DNA of 64,000 nucleotides from Candidatus Sericytochromatia bacterium (GTDB lineage Bacteria; Cyanobacteriota; Sericytochromatia; UBA7694): NCBI GenBank assembly GCA_015272195.1, contig JACYMC010000046.1, positions 4,139 to 68,138 of the forward strand, read 5' to 3'. Shown piece by piece: positions 62,894 to 64,000 of this stretch (position 1 is its first letter; each line of letters starts with the position of its first letter). The notes under the pieces were generated by a model. It saw only the letters and a program-made list of their open reading frames with translations, ran no database searches and was not told where the DNA came from. The position numbers and the translations under genes were made by a program.

Positions 62894-64000
62894 GTGCTTA
62901 ACGCGTTATTTCCGCTGTTGCTGATTGTTTTCTTTTTGCACGGTATTTTTGCCAGCGGCTTTATTCCCATTCTGAACCATGTGCTGGGCACCGATGCCAG
63001 CTGGGCCTTTGCCGTGTATTTTGGCGGGCTTTTGCTCGGTCAGGTAGCGATTTACTTTTTTGGCTGGCTCAGCAACAAGCGCTGGCATCTGACCTTTTAT
63101 GAGATTGTCTTTGGTTTTTCGCTGATTCTGATGGGTTATCTGCCTCCGGACTGGCTGGTGCTGGGCCGGGGCATTGAGGGCCTGGCCGGCGGACTGGCCA
63201 CCCCCCTGCTTTTTGCCCATATGATTCATGCGCCCAGCAAGATGAGTATGGCGGAGCGCATTGTGCGTTATAACGCGGTCTATGCGCTGGGTTACGTGCT
63301 GGGGCCCCTGATTCTGGAAAGCACCATGCAGATGATGACCTACCGGGTCTGTCTGCTGCTCTTTGGCATTGTGTTTATTGTGCTGATTCTGCATCTGGGC
63401 AGTTTGTTGCCCGAACTGGACGAGCCTGCACCCCACACCCTCACTTTTCGCAGCCTGTTCAGCGGCACGTCCTGGTTCGAAAAGTTTTATTCGCTCTTTT
63501 TTGCCAAAGCCTTTTACGGCTTTTTGCTCTCGTTTATTGCCTCTTTTGCCATGGTCTACTTTGGCGGCTGGCCGATCTCGGTTCTGACCGTCAGCCTGGC
63601 GGTGATCTTTGTGTTTGGCCAGAAGCTGGGCGAGCGTACCCTGCACCGGCTGTACAAGCGTGGGCTGGAGATTATACTGCCCCTCAGTATCGCTCTGACT
63701 ATGCTGCTTTTCTGGGCCACAGAGTGGCGTCTGCTGCTCTTTGTGGCCGCTTTGCAGCACGCTTATCTGCTCTTTATTGCTTTTATCAACTTCACTACCC
63801 AGATCAGCTCAGGGCGTGAGTTTGCGCTGTTTAACAGCATCTCGGATCCGGGCATGTTTCTGGGTGCGCTGCTGGCCGGTCTGGGTCTAAAAGCCACCTG
63901 GGTGCTGCTGGCGCTGGCCTGCCTGCCCCTGCTGTACTGGCGTGAATGGCCCCGTCTGCGGCCACCAGCGGCTGCCCTGGCAGCAGAAGCAGCCGACGGG
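62894..64000 (+). CDS. MFS transporter, partial (runs off the window end)
   Basis: Own translation from GTG 62894 (GAGGA SD) appears open to the window end: multi-TM, LGRGIEGLAGG, and Y.LG..LGP. Not in the ORF track because it has no stop. Confidence 0.75.
   Translation, partial: MLNALFPLLLIVFFLHGIFASGFIPILNHVLGTDASWAFAVYFGGLLLGQVAIYFFGWLSNKRWHLTFYEIVFGFSLILMGYLPPDWLVLGRGIEGLAGGLATPLLFAHMIHAPSKMSMAERIVRYNAVYALGYVLGPLILESTMQMMTYRVCLLLFGIVFIVLILHLGSLLPELDEPAPHTLTFRSLFSGTSWFEKFYSLFFAKAFYGFLLSFIASFAMVYFGGWPISVLTVSLAVIFVFGQKLGERTLHRLYKRGLEIILPLSIALTMLLFWATEWRLLLFVAALQHAYLLFIAFINFTTQISSGREFALFNSISDPGMFLGALLAGLGLKATWVLLALACLPLLYWREWPRLRPPAAALAAEAADG

Overview
64 kb of chromosomal DNA from a GC-rich, flagellated bacterium with cyanobacterial-type markers (RpaB/Ycf27-like regulator, cyanobacterial-type L28, SigA-like RpoD). 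The best fit is a non-photosynthetic relative of Cyanobacteria such as Sericytochromatia; this is an inference. Housekeeping content: rseP 3' end, tRNA-Gln and tRNA-Thr, dapC-dapE-dnaG-rpoD, rpmB-rpmG, metG, glmM, an ABC-F ATPase, a fliK-flgD-flgE-flbD-motA-motB-fliL flagellar block, and several transporters (DppB, NhaC, AI-2E, MMPL, MFS). No CRISPR array, transposase or integrase was seen. The strongest hidden signal is a 45-aa, 13-Cys metallothionein-like ORF (52826..52963, minus strand) that the ORF track misses. It has its own SD and a candidate ECF promoter, and lies 4 nt upstream of a CorE/ECF44-like metal-sensing sigma factor (CxC linker plus C-terminal Cys-rich tail). Together they look like a two-gene metal sensor/chelator module. 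Other oddities: a stand-alone ATP synthase subunit a with a long xHGD-repeat His-rich N-terminus; a J-domain/TPR/MshEN fusion; two tandem Cache-domain Ser/Thr kinases, each missing a different invariant motif; a molybdopterin oxidoreductase homolog lacking its Mo and Fe-S cysteines; a giant glycosyltransferase with three degenerate methyltransferase modules; an MfnF-like gene in the rpoD operon; a frameshifted CAP gene; and three orphan effector-like genes with sigma28-like upstream motifs.
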